From Solirubrobacteraceae bacterium (GTDB lineage: Bacteria; Actinomycetota; Thermoleophilia; Solirubrobacterales; Solirubrobacteraceae), in contig JAGIBJ010000139.1 of NCBI GenBank assembly GCA_017744415.1, positions 15,023 to 79,022 of the forward strand: a stretch of DNA of 64,000 bases, given 5' to 3'. This document shows positions 63,866 to 64,000 of the stretch, piece by piece. The first letter of the stretch is position 1. The number at the start of each line of letters is the position of its first letter. The notes below the pieces were generated by a model. That model made no database searches and was not told where the DNA came from. It worked only from the letters and a program-made list of their open reading frames with translations. Made by a program: the position numbers and the translations under genes.

Positions 63866-64000
63866 ATGATCACCCTCACCGACAAGGGCGCGGACAAGGT
63901 CCGCGAGTACCTTACCGCGCAGAACGCCGACGTGGCCGTGGCCGGCCTGCGCGTCGGCGTGAAGGGCGGCGGCTGTTCCGGCTTCCAGTACCAGCTGGCG
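63866..64000 (+). CDS. erpA: HesB/IscA/ErpA-type iron-sulfur cluster insertion protein, N-terminal fragment (runs off the window)
   Basis: MITLTDKGADKVREYL...LRVGVKGGGCSGFQYQLA. Confidence 0.85.
   Translation, partial: MITLTDKGADKVREYLTAQNADVAVAGLRVGVKGGGCSGFQYQLA

Overview
This is a very GC-rich window (roughly 70%, not computed exactly) that looks like a chromosomal segment from an Actinomycetota-type genome. It is densely packed with about 60 protein genes and one tRNA-Pro. I saw no rRNA, CRISPR array, transposase or integrase. Recognisable content includes two two-component systems, a MoxR-DUF58-transglutaminase operon, and GT2/GT39 envelope glycosyltransferases. The biotin genes (bioA, bioD, bioF, bioB) are interleaved with unrelated genes. 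There are also lipid-metabolism genes (FadD, PlsC, WS/DGAT, enoyl-CoA hydratase, DegV, an MprF-like protein) and an Fe-S trio (BolA, Grx4, ErpA). The most interesting region is about 24.2-30.8 kb. It holds a small ORF translationally coupled to a radical-SAM enzyme, a signal-peptide-less S8 subtilase, an ECF sigma factor, a 156-aa unknown protein and a 950+ aa TPR-CHAT (caspase-like) protease. Three copies of a conserved bipartite, promoter-like motif (TGGTATCA-N14-CGCTCTGTRTGGGTAC) tie these genes together. I interpret this as a possible CRISPR-independent sigma/anti-sigma/CHAT signalling or conflict module. The second theme is a set of long, relatively AT-rich perfect hairpins in intergenic DNA. 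Two inverted copies of one 54-nt palindrome bracket a DUF559 gene, and another palindrome is flanked by 17-bp direct repeats. Many long alternate-frame ORFs in the supplied track are high-GC artefacts. Gene starts were chosen by domain logic and neighbour overlap. Motif coordinates are anchored to ORF-track frames and may be off by 1-2 nt.
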